The position numbers were made by a program, and so were the translations under genes. Under the pieces are notes generated by a model. That model was not told the origin of the DNA and made no database searches. It worked only from the letters and a program-made list of their open reading frames with translations. A stretch of DNA of 64,000 nt from Lytechinus pictus (taxonomy: Eukaryota), in the NCBI RefSeq assembly GCF_037042905.1, contig NC_087245.1, forward strand, positions 31,188,001 through 31,252,000. The letters run 5' to 3'. This document shows positions 40,901 through 51,300 of this stretch, in pieces. Each line of letters starts with the position of its first letter. The first letter of the stretch is position 1.

Positions 40901-43900
40901 TAACCAAACCAACACAGCAGAAAAATACCAGTCTTGGAAACATAAACAGAAATACAATTATCAAATCAAATTGCACTCTCTTATTTTCTTGCAATAATTG
41001 AGGCACATTTCCATAATATTTAAGTCACATTTTTATATCTAAAATTTAAGTCACTTTCAATTTTCTTTTAGTTAACAGATACAATTTCCATGAGAATCTT
41101 AACTTAAAGATCAACATATGGGCTTGTAACAAATCAATCTTTATGCACATTTAAAGTCACACAAAGCATAATCAATAACAGATTAAAGAGAAAAAGAAAA
41201 CAGGACAGGGGAATTAATTAAAAATTGCAAGAAGAATGCCTTTATTAATTCTATTTTCTTCTGAAAACAGTCAGCAAGATATTGGTAGAATACAAATGAA
41301 TTGTAGCTGATTACACACTAAATTTTTACAAATATATTTGACAGATGAAATCTCATCTATTCTCTTTCCTAATTTCCGGGATTAAATCAATTTTTCATGT
41401 TATTCTTCATCAAGACAGTACATCAGGGCCCCGTCTTACAAAGAGTTGCGATTGATCCAATCAATCACAACTATGGACGGCCAGCAACGTCAACATCTAT
41501 TATTCATATTTGTTCAAAATATTTTCTAACTATGATGCATATCTCAGGCATTCATTGTTTTCTTGAAAATTCACTGTGCTTCTCTTTGTTTACAAAGGAC
41601 ATTGTGCAAATATCCTGGAGAAAAAATTATGACACTGATGGATTTCCATAGAGTTACGATTTATCGGATCAATCGTAACTCTTTGTAAGACAGTACATCT
41701 GAACAAGGCTTTAGACTACAGAACTTACTCATTGTATGCCGAGATCTGACAGGAGGCAAAGTTACTTGAATCCATACAATAGTTGTTCACACTTGTAGTT
41801 ACTGACGATGTGAATCCAACAGTCATGGCCTGGTCCCACTAAAGATTATAAACAAAGAATGATTCATATTAAAATGTATGCAAAGTGGGGGAAGGGAGGG
41901 ATCAAGGTAAATGCTGTGGTTGTGACTCTGGTTGTCCCCATTCATAACAGCAGATTTATTACTTCTGACTTCATATTGAATAATAATTTCAAGTTCCCTC
42001 TGAAATAAAAATCATTTGACAATTATCATCAAGCTACATATAAGAAACAATAGCAACATGTTTGTGTATGCCTTGGCTAACCAGTCATCAAGTATGTACT
42101 CAGATCACACTGCCATTTAAAGAATCATCTACAAGTACGATGATACACCAACCTGGTGGACTGTTCTTTAACGGATGATGATGATGATGATGATGGAACA
42201 TGTGAACCCTAATAAAATCATGAACAACATAATATACAAAGCTTTTTTTTTACAAAGCTAATTTTATCATAATGCCAAAGCTTTTAATTTTGAATTTTAC
42301 TTCTTTCTTATCTAACTGAATCAAGTCACTTGTGTGCCTTCCATTTAAAACTTGGGTATCTCTTCAAAGATCAAATCATCATCCCCTTTTCTACTATTTT
42401 CATTCATATGTATTTCTTAAAACTGAATCCATAACTGCCAACCCTGACAACCAAGAAATAAGTACAGATTTCTAAGAAATTTCCACAAATAAAATAATTT
42501 CCTCTCCAAGACTACATAAACATTTTCAAAAAATAGGAACATGCAGGTCCATTCCTTTTCCAAAAATAAGAATATTCATTTTTAAAGGTGAAGTTTTAAT
42601 AAGTTAGTCTTCATAAAAATCAGAAAAATCACATAAAAATATTAGTGAAGGTCTGATAATAATTATAATAATAATATTACATCACTTTATAGCGCATAAT
42701 AAACAGAAAGTTTCTCTATGCGCTTTACAATAGAGGAAACAAAAATACATATCATAATAATTATAAACAAAGAAATAGACCTATAAATTACAGCAAATTA
42801 TTCAAACTTACAATTGTTATCAATAAAATTATTTCCAATACTAAACCTAGTTATGAGTTACGGAAAAGATGAGTTTCAAGTAAGGACTTGAAAGTTGAAT
42901 AAGTGGATGCCTGTCTGATATTTAGGGGTAATTTATTCCAAAGGGTTGGTCCAGCTACAGCAAATGATCTACCACCATAAAAGCATGTGTGGGTTTTGGA
43001 AATTTGAAGAAATGCTTGTTTGCTTGATCAAAGGTTACGGGAAGGGTTAGAATCATTTAGTAAATTGGACAAGTATGATGGAGATAAGCCATGCTGAGCT
43101 TAAAAACTTAACAAAGAATCTAAAATGTGATGCGTTTTTCTACAGAAAGCCAATGTAATAATGAAAATCAATCCAAGAATCAGAAAGTTATGATTATTTT
43201 TCAAGCTTTTGATGTGTCATATTTTATGCAAGCATCTCTCCCAAATCATGTATTTCTTAATGGAACATGACAGACTCAATAAGTCATCTTGGCATTAGAT
43301 TACACTCAACTTTGCACTCTGAGCCAGAACAAAAGAAATGACAGTGAATCAATTCTTCTGCCTCGGCCACTCAATTGTTCTGGTCCTGAGTGTAGAGTCA
43401 AGTGTAATTACACTCAAAGATTGCAGACGGCCATTGTTCACCATTACTTACATCATCAATATCATAGATTTCATCAAATCTGACTTCAAGGGAATCACTT
43501 CCGATTTCATCTGATAAAAAGAAAAAAAAAATCTTTTTGAATTCAAACATAAAATCATAATTGAATACAAATGAGTGTCAAATGTTAGTGTTGTACATTT
43601 AGAAGATGAAATAATAAAGTTCTAAAAATAAAAAAACTTGGATCCATATCTGACTATATGCACCATTTCAATCATTTCGGGGGTTTCCTAACACACAAGC
43701 ATTAATTTTACTATCTCTCTAACCTCTGCAAACATAAACGATCAATACAAAAAAACAACTTAGTATCAAGTACTGTACCAAAATTTACTGAGGATCGGGC
43801 AAACCATTTTCCTCTCTAAAATATGCAAAGTCTGTCTGTCAGGGGTATGTAATTCAAACACTGGTTCACCCTATATCATACAGTGTCTGTGTGCCCTAAA

Positions 43901-44778
43901 GGTAATAAAGCTAGGGGGCGCTGATTTTCCATTTAGGCCACAGGTAATATAAAAACAGATTTTCATGTGAAATTTCCATTCATATTCAATTATAATCTTA
44001 AATTAATACATGTATGAACTTGGTTCATACTTAATTCTAAAATACAGTATTTAGTTTTAGACGGAAATGATTTTAATTAACTTTGTGTCATGCCTATGGC
44101 TTGTATTCCCTCCAAATCATTTACAGATTGTATTATTTAAAGCTGAAAATGTAAAAAAAAATGCTTTACAATGAGTAGGCCTATAAATTATAATATCATG
44201 TTCAAAACTTTAATCCAATACAATAATCCCTCAGCTGGACATTCAAAACACTGTATCGGCCGAAAGATTGTGCAAATTTTTTTTTCTATCACCATGACAA
44301 ACACCAATATAGCAGCGTAACCATCAGCACATTTTTCTTGCGATTCTAAAAAAACAACTTTTTAAATCAATATGTTGATAATACTTAAGTCACATTGTGT
44401 TTAAGCGTGCAGAATTACTATGTTACAAGTTAAAAATACCATATGCTGACCAGAAATTGTTTTGCAGACCTTGTTTACATATGCCATTGTGGGGAGGGGG
44501 TGATGCAGGATTGATACAAACAAAACAAAAGAGCCATTAACAGCAAATTATTTTTCCTCTAAGGCTCGAACTCCATTTGTCACCAGATTAACCATTTTTC
44601 AGACAGAACTTTCATGACTTTATCTTTTCTATTTGTTAATCTACTATATTATCGTCTGTCATTTTGTAGAAATAAGACACAAACCTTGCAATGTACACAA
44701 AGCTACATTTAAAAATGCTCCCAGGATTAGAATTAGCTGCACAAGCAGCTTTTCACTCAAGTATCCACGCCCTTCCAT
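16988..44778 (-). CDS. Uncharacterised single-pass type I membrane protein (about 399 aa): signal peptide, compact ectodomain, one TM helix, low-complexity charged tail
   Basis: Minus-strand coding exons: 44778-44685 (MEGRGYLSEKLLVQLILILGAFLNVALCTLQ, signal peptide), 43510-43452, 41838-41729, 35386-35244, 34798-34624 (TM IMVPIVCVLFVLVVLLAVCLTCM), 33914-33796, 32512-32504 (9 nt), 30532-30485, 17430-16988 (TAG). All GT-AG; phases 1,0,2,1,2,1,1,1 join into one open frame of 1200 nt. The 9-nt exon is the least certain. Confidence 0.82.
18426..18594. mobile_element. Palindromic MITE related to family B
   Basis: TTTCATGAAAGTTGTCAGCACTGAC ... GTCAGTGCTGACAACTTTCATGAAA inverted arms. Confidence 0.7.
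19064..19218. mobile_element. MITE family B (about 160 bp palindrome); further copies at 49466-49633 and 58591-58756
   Basis: GGGCCCATTTCATAAAG...GTTGTAACTTTGCCATTAT and ATAATGGCAAAGTTACAAC...TTATGAAACTGGCCC arms around a CAGCCAATC centre; CTG on both flanks. Confidence 0.8.
25269..25833. mobile_element. Non-autonomous DNA element with G-run TIRs; second, right-damaged copy at about 37630-38133
   Basis: GGGGGGCACTTCCATTGACGAGTGGATACCATGC ... GCATGGTATCCACTCGTCAATGTAAGTGCCCCCC; GGGGGTCCTG repeated on both flanks (25259 and 25831). Confidence 0.8.
29540..29765 (+). mobile_element. tRNA-derived SINE, family S1, 5'-truncated
   Basis: GGGCTCGATTCCCAGCCATGGCGTG...CACATTGTGCTGCACTCAACCCAGGTGAGG, shared with copies at 35983 and 61273; ends in an ATT-rich tail. 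Confidence 0.7.
30585..30847. mobile_element. MITE family A, intact, CTG target duplication
   Basis: CTG|GGCCCCATCTTACAAAGAG ... CTCTTTGTAAGACGGGGCC|CTG. Confidence 0.85.
33195..33450 (+). mobile_element. Degenerate tRNA-derived SINE (different body)
   Basis: TAGTGGTTAGAGCATTGGACTC...GTTCAAGTCTCC tRNA-like head; boundaries approximate. Confidence 0.45.
35983..36478 (+). mobile_element. tRNA-derived SINE, family S1, interrupted by a foldback element
   Basis: A-box GGTGTAGTGGTTAAG, B-box TTCGATTCCC, core CACTCAACCCAGGTGAAGTAAATGGGTACCGGCAGG, (TAT)n tail; split at 36103-36303. Confidence 0.75.
36103..36303. mobile_element. 201-bp foldback non-autonomous DNA transposon with 9-bp TSD (Mutator-like by TSD length)
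   Basis: Arms of about 90 bp, TAGTTCAGATTCTGAACG... and ...CGTTCAGAATCTGAACTA, are near-perfect inverted repeats. Direct repeat CACTCAACC at 36094-36102 and 36304-36312. Confidence 0.85.
39550..40507 (-). mobile_element. Helentron-associated non-autonomous element (HINE/DINE-1-like) with internal tandem array
   Basis: Subterminal inverted repeats GTCTCACCTGCAT (39572) and ATGCAGGTGAGAC (40490). About five internal units with TGACCTTTGACC at 39764, 39926, 40089 and 40281 (periods 162, 163, 192). (GCC)n microsatellite near 40438; A/T-run flanks. Confidence 0.7.
41427..41691. mobile_element. MITE family A
   Basis: GGCCCCGTCTTACAAAGAGTTGCGATTGATCC ... GGATCAATCGTAACTCTTTGTAAGAC; the right end is clipped. 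Confidence 0.8.
42660..43158 (-). mobile_element. L2/CR1-group LINE 3' fragment (degenerate ORF2 C-terminus plus tail)
   Basis: Minus-strand translation gives LHWLSVEKRITF...HGLSPSYLSNLL...YGGRSFAVAGPTLWNKLPLNIRQASTYSTFKSLLETHLF with a stop and a frameshift, typical of the L2-clade ORF2 end. An ATT-rich tail lies near 42660. Confidence 0.8.
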
Positions 44779-45060
44779 CGCTTGCTAAGTAATGCCGCTC
44801 CGCTCTGCTAACCCGAGCTGATTGAGGTATACTATTGTACTGCCGCACTGTTGAGTGTTGGCTCCCGGCTTCCCTGTGTAAAATTAAAACGAGATGAGGG
44901 CAAATTCCGGGTTAAGAACATTCGTCAAGCAGAAAAATAATCACTACTATGATTAATATTATAGCTAGAAGTGTGACTTGACATCTATGATTTCATTAAA
45001 AGCTAAATGATTAGAAAATTACTGTTACATTTCAACAAAATAACTGAAAACAAGACTTAC

Positions 45061-45150
45061 TTTGATAAGTCGATGCGAGGGGATATAACGTTAGCTCTGT
45101 TATGTTGCCAAGCCGTTTATCATTATCAATTTAGACAAATCCATTTTATG
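45061..45150 (-). other. Probable non-coding first exon (5' UTR) of the membrane-protein gene
   Basis: Donor AAA|GTAAGT at 45061/45060 on the minus strand pairs with acceptor TTTTACACAG at 44874, before the ATG-containing exon 44873-44685. The 5' boundary is unknown and 45150 is approximate. Confidence 0.5.
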
Positions 45151-45394
45151 TAGAGGGAAATATTTTAATATTGAGAAGAATAATATTATGACAAAAGAGT
45201 TCATGGTGAATCGATGCAAAAAAAATTGAACTATTGTGCTCAAATTGCGCTATAATTCTGTATTTAATGGGCATTTTCTTTGAAAGATACAAAATTACTA
45301 TGTTGATTGAAGGAGATACACCCCCACATAAACCGTACACTACTTGCGAATTGCATGGCATGTGGGCGTGTCCTCGTTTTGATATGAAATCAAA
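45150..45394. promoter_or_regulatory. Putative bidirectional promoter between the membrane-protein gene (-) and ECHDC3 (+)
   Basis: Only about 330 bp separate the minus-strand exon-1 donor (45061) from the ECHDC3 ATG (45395, context AAAATGGC). CpG-richer DNA lies nearby (44760-44930, 45600-45840). Confidence 0.55.
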
Positions 45395-48300
45395 ATGGCT
45401 GCGCCCATGGCCGTGTATTCTGCTGTAAAACTGGCTCTAAATCCAGTAAAAACATGCCACTTGTGGAACTCTGTATCGGTAATATCTCCTTTTTTATATT
45501 CCATTAAAATGATTTCATATCATTTCCCATGTTTTTTCTACAGGATACACTGCAGCTGCCCGAAAAATAATCGATCTAAAAAGTTAGAGTAGGTTCATGA
45601 TCTCGGTACGTGCAGTTTAATTTCGTTTCGCACGACTGATTTCATTTTGATCGCATCCCGGCCCGACGAGTCCCCGCAGCCAGCGGCCAGCTAAGTCTAA
45701 GACTAGAGATAGCCGGTCGGTCGGTGTGTTGGCGAAAGCGCTCTGACTTGCGGCTCACAAATTATGGCACGATTTTAAGTCAAGACAAGAGTTCAATCAA
45801 AATCAAGATTCAAGTGCACCACGGCCACGCGCCACCCCCACTGCTTTTAAACAATTTTTTACGTTGCTTGTTGTGGCTTGTGGCTTTGTGCAGTGATTTG
45901 GATGGATCGAATCCAGCAAAACAACTTAACAATAACATAAAATTAACAAGTCAAAACATTTATTTTAGTTGTAGGCCTCATTATGTTACTTGTTAGACTG
46001 AAGTTTGAAGTTCAATTTTTAATGAGTTTATTTCATGTTTTATTTTAGGTTTTTGCATATGACAGTGAGTTCATGTGTTGGAAATTGTTTATAGATCTAT
46101 TTGATTGATGTTGCTATAATTTAGCCTCAAAAGGTTTAACAAAAAGTCAGCATTCGTCTCCAAGAATTTGGCAAGCAAAAAAACAAAACAAAACAAATGA
46201 AAAAAATAAAGGGACTTAATTGGGCCTACACAGACTGGGTGTTGTGGCGTGCGCCTGTAATCCAAGCTATGTGGGGAAGTTACAAATTGATGCAGAGGTT
46301 CGAGGTTCGAGCCCCGGTCACGTCTTTCGGATGGTGACGTTAAAGGTCGGTCCCAGACGTACATAATCATATCTAATTGATACACGTCTGACAAAACTCA
46401 AAATACACACACACACAATAGAACCCTCTAAAGAGCAAGCAAAGACTGATTATGATACTGTGTTTTTTTTTCACCAAAAAATCAAACAGGCAAGAAATGT
46501 TCATCCATCTTTCAACCAGGCAATCTTTCATCATGAGAAGAGGAGATTCTGTGCAGAGAGTAGTCGACCTCTCACCCAGGTCACTCAGGTAGACGGCATC
46601 AGGAAGATCACTCTTAGCAATCCTAAAAAGAGGTAAGTCGCAGGTCTTTGGTACTGGTACTAAGTGGTAGTCTGATTTGGTTTGAGGGGCAGGGGGCACC
46701 CCCCAAAAAAAAAAAGAAAAAAAAAACACCCCAAAACAATTATAATTAATAATCATAAAACTCTTAATAATGATTGATGATGATGGTGATGGTGATGATG
46801 ATGATGATGATGATGATGATGGCAATGATGATGATGATGACAATGATGATGATGGTGGTGGTGGTTATGATGATGATGGTGTCGATAACGATTATGACCC
46901 AAAAATGAATAACAATAGAAATAAAATAATGAGAATAAAAAATAAAAAAAACTCTTCCAACACCCTTTTTTCGATTCCAATTTTTTATGCACCAGATCAA
47001 AACTTCATTGTTTGACCAGTCTATTCAGATCAAAGCAAATTTTTACTTCACTTCTTTCACTTTAACATCACCTTTTGAATAATACAATTCTTTTCAAAAT
47101 CTGGTCAAACAAATGATCCCTCCATGATGATGCACTATATTGTGTATCTTTGTATTGTGTATCACAGAGGAGCTCTGTGTACCAGATCAAAATAAAGCAA
47201 ATTTTAACTTCACTGTCATTTTACGACACCTCTTGAATATTACAATTATATTCTTTTCAAAATCATGTCAAACAATGAATTATGATATAAAAAGTATCCC
47301 TCCATGATGATACACTATATTGTGTATCTTTGTGCCTGACTCTCCTTTGAATTAGTTTTGTCGTTCTTCTTAATCTTTACAACAGGAATGCTCTTTCACT
47401 TGCCATGCTTAGCAGAGTCACAGAGGAGCTAACTCAAGATGTTGATGATGGCAACCTAAGGGCAATCATCATTGCTTCCCAGGGACCAGTCTACTCAGCA
47501 GGTCATGACCTCAGGGAATTGGTGAGTTCAGGGCCTAGAGGAGTTTGATCGATCCAGTCCATCTAAAGTTTAGAATTCTTGGCCCGAATTCACAAAGGTG
47601 ATTTTGAAAACCATCAGTTAAACCCATGGTTTATGCAGATTTCATGTATGAATTATGCTTATTTACCATGTGTATTAAACAATGTCAATACTGATGCACA
47701 CTTTTGTCATAGTACGTGAAATTGACGCCTGTTGCCATGGTTGAGTACGCTATTTTATTCATGAGTCCACTGTTATGAAGAGTGGCCTCCTTATTTCAAA
47801 ATAGTGGACTTGGGAATAATTTTGCGCACTGTGACAAAAGCGCGCATCGGTATTGGTCATTTTTTTAGATACACAGTAAATTAAGTGTAAATTATACTGT
47901 TAATCTGCATTAACCATGGGTTCAACCATGGTTTTCAAAACCACCTTTGTGAATTAGGGCTCTGCTCTAATGGCTGAAAAAATGCAATGGCAACTACATT
48001 TATGTATGACTTGAATGTCATACATCACATTATTGATCCTTTGCCGAAGCCATGCTTAAAACGCGATTCCTAAGTCCTTTTTTCATCATATTATTAACCC
48101 ATTGCTGAAGCTTTAGCTGGGTTTTATAAGCGATTCTGAACACTTTACAAAAGTTATATAACATATCATTGACCGTGTGCTCAAGTTTTAGCCATGCTTC
48201 AAAGGTGATTCCCAAGTAATTACTCAAGTTCACATTATTGAACCTTCGCCAAAGCCTTAGCCGGGCTATAGAGACGACTCCCAATCACCAAGTCCTTCAG

Positions 48301-51300
48301 AGAGGACTCAAAACCGATGGTACTTAGTTGTTTTCATAGACTCTGATACATCCAACCAATTATTCTTGCTGGGCAATAATATCCAAATCCGTTAGAAGCA
48401 ACTGGAGATGTTAAACGGTATATGAGATTTGATGTATTAGAACTAAGTATTATCATTATTATTGTAACCCAGGAGAATATTAAAAGTAATCAGTATAATG
48501 TCTATTTCTCGAAATCAATGTCTTTCTGTCTACAGACCACCAGGACAGGTCGTGCCTACCATACAGAGGTGTTTAAGAAGTGCTCTGAAATGATGATGCT
48601 CATTGAAGATCTTCCTGTGCCTGTCATTGCTCAAGTCAAAGGTATACCACATGAATAGGCCTTTTTACTATTGAAGTGATTCAAATTTATGCATGTTTCT
48701 CTCCCGTCACGTCCCGTGTTTCTCTCCTGTAACCTGGTGAAAAGGTGTCACTTTCACCTAAATTATCATAATTATGATAGACTATTAAATTAATTGTTGC
48801 TATGGCTGGCAAACTTTCAAGCTGTCAAGAACAACCTTTGTTTGAGGAATATGCATACAATATTCATTATTATAGTAGATATTATAGTTTACAGGTCTAT
48901 TATTTGTTCCCATTTGCATATGCTGCCTGTAAGGTCATTAGAATGGTCATAGAATTAACATCTGTAATGGAGTAAATGCTGTTATCAAAGTGGAAAAAGA
49001 TAATTAAACTTTCATCTCAGCTGTGATGCAAGACTTTTTTGCTAAATGGGCTGTCATACTTTAAGACTTAATGCACTTTTACATTATTTTGGGGATAAGG
49101 GTGCATGATTGATTGAAACATAAGTGCTTGTTATTATACAAGAAATGGTGATTCTAACATTACTAATTACATATTATGCACAATCACAATATCCCACTTT
49201 CAGAGATACTAGAATAAACACTACAATGTACACTACAAGGCCTTGATTTAGGAATTCATAGGGGCAAGGCTATTATTTAAGAGGGCACTTAAAGAAAAGG
49301 GAAGGGATTGCTCACTTTAGAGGTTCTCCCAAGGTCACAGGCTATCAATAGTAAACTGTACTCTTCTAAGGGACCCTTGCACTGGATTACCACATGGCAC
49401 CAAGGCCTCAGGTAAAAAGGGCACTTATTTTGGCCTTAAATCTAAAAAATAATTCGGAATGACATCAAGGGCTCGTATCATAAAGGATTTGCAACTGTTG
49501 TCACTTTGTCATAATGGAAACTACCATGGTATCAGGGCTCAGCAGCCAATCAAAATCAAGGTTACCATCAATACTATGGTAGTTGCCATATTGGCAAAGT
49601 ATAGTTGCAAATCCTTTATGAAACAGGCTCCTGAGGGCATTGGAAGCCATGGCTTTTGGTAGCCTTGGGTTAATTTGAGCCCTGCAGTATGATATACTTT
49701 ATGGAACCCCAATAAACAACAACTCTGTTTTATTCATTTCTCATATGTTATTATTTCTTGATATACTCTTTTAGGCCTTGCCACTGCAGCTGGATGCCAA
49801 CTGGTAGCCAGTTGTGATATCGCTGTAGCTGCGGACACAGCTAGATTTGCTACCCCAGGGTGAGCACCATAATGGCATTGCCATATGTTATATTCTTTTT
49901 TTAAAAAGAGAGAAAAGGTGAATTGCAATTTTCATTTTTAGTATTTTTTCAAGAGATTCAATGACTTTTAATGTTTAAACCTATTATAAAAAAAACTTGA
50001 GCAGGAGGAGGCATGATAACTCAAGTCCATAGAGCTGGGGCCCGTCTCACAAAGAGTTGCGATTGATCCGATCAATCGCAACTATGGAAAGCCAGCAAAG
50101 TCAACATATACCATGCATGTTTGTTCAAAAGAAAATTCTAGATATGACGTATATTCATAAATTCATTGATTTCTTTACAAGTTTGTGTGTTCTCTTTTGT
50201 TTAAAAAGGACATTTTGCAAATTTCCTGTAAAAAAAATTATGACACTGATGGATTTCCATAGAGTTATGATTGATTGGATCAATCGTATCTCTTTGTAAG
50301 ATGGGGCCTAGGAGTTTTGGATTATGGTGACCTGGGCGCGGGATAAACAGCCATGGGCTCCGTGGCATAAAAGTTACCATTATGGTAACTTTTCCATGCA
50401 ATGGTAACTTGCATGGAATCCTTGATTCTTATTGGCTTTTGATCATCATTACCACATTGTGGAAGCGCCGTGGTGTAGCAGTTCTGACTCTAGCCTTATA
50501 ATCAGAGGATCGTGTGTTTAATTCCCACTCTGGCCTAGCGTCCTTTGGCAAGGCGTCAATCCACAATTTGTAACTCTCCACCCAGGTGTTAAATGGGTAC
50601 CCGGTAGGATGCGAATGCCTATGTAGTATGCCAAGCTATTGAGTCTTGGAACTCTTGTTGGAATGCTCCCCAGGGAGTGGAGAAGGTTCATACATTGTAT
50701 GCAGGCATGCAAGGATCCGATGACCGGTGTAATAATATATCTGAAAAGCGCTTAGAGATGTCATTCTGATGTGTAAAGCGCTATATAAATGCGGAATATT
50801 ATTATTATTGGATGGCAAAGTTACCAAAATAGTAACTTTTACACAACAGGGCCCTGGTCGGAATAAAAACATCCAACAAGTCCTTTCATGACAGCTCCTT
50901 CCTGAGGAGTAAAATAAATACTCTGAATCATCACTTTATTCCTCAGAGATTTCTAATAGATCTCTAATTTCATTTCACTATTCAGTATATCAGTAGGTCT
51001 GTTTTGTTCCACGCCAGCCGTTGCTCTAGGTCGAGCAGTCCCTAAGAAGATTGCAATGCAGATGCTCCTTACAGCCGAACCCATCTCTGCTGAAGGTGAG
51101 AGTAATAATAATACCATGTTAGTGAAAAAAAATTGACATCTCACATATCCCCAATTTAAGGAAAAAATATGTCATGAATACATAATTATTACATATGGCC
51201 TGAAAGAGTATATTCTCTCAAATAATTTGATACCATATTTATGTTGTATGTTTTAATGCTTGGATGATCAGGAGGTACTTGCAGCGATGTAAATTTTGAT

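Noticed and set aside
42153..42208. 56-nt exon-like segment (TTTTATTAG ... CAG|GTTGGT) with a (CAT)n run in the membrane-protein gene
   Set aside because: It is not a multiple of 3 and has a stop in the required phase; the flanking exons already join in frame.
46233..46418. Bona fide SRP RNA gene or human Alu contamination
   Set aside because: No S-domain or 3' Alu strand, similarity stops after about 45 nt, and no Alu body or poly-A; it sits in a coherent host intron.
46373..47015. Poly-His, poly-Asp, poly-Ser and poly-Ile ORFs in the ORF track
   Set aside because: They are translations of the (GAT)n microsatellite in ECHDC3 intron 2, with no splice support.
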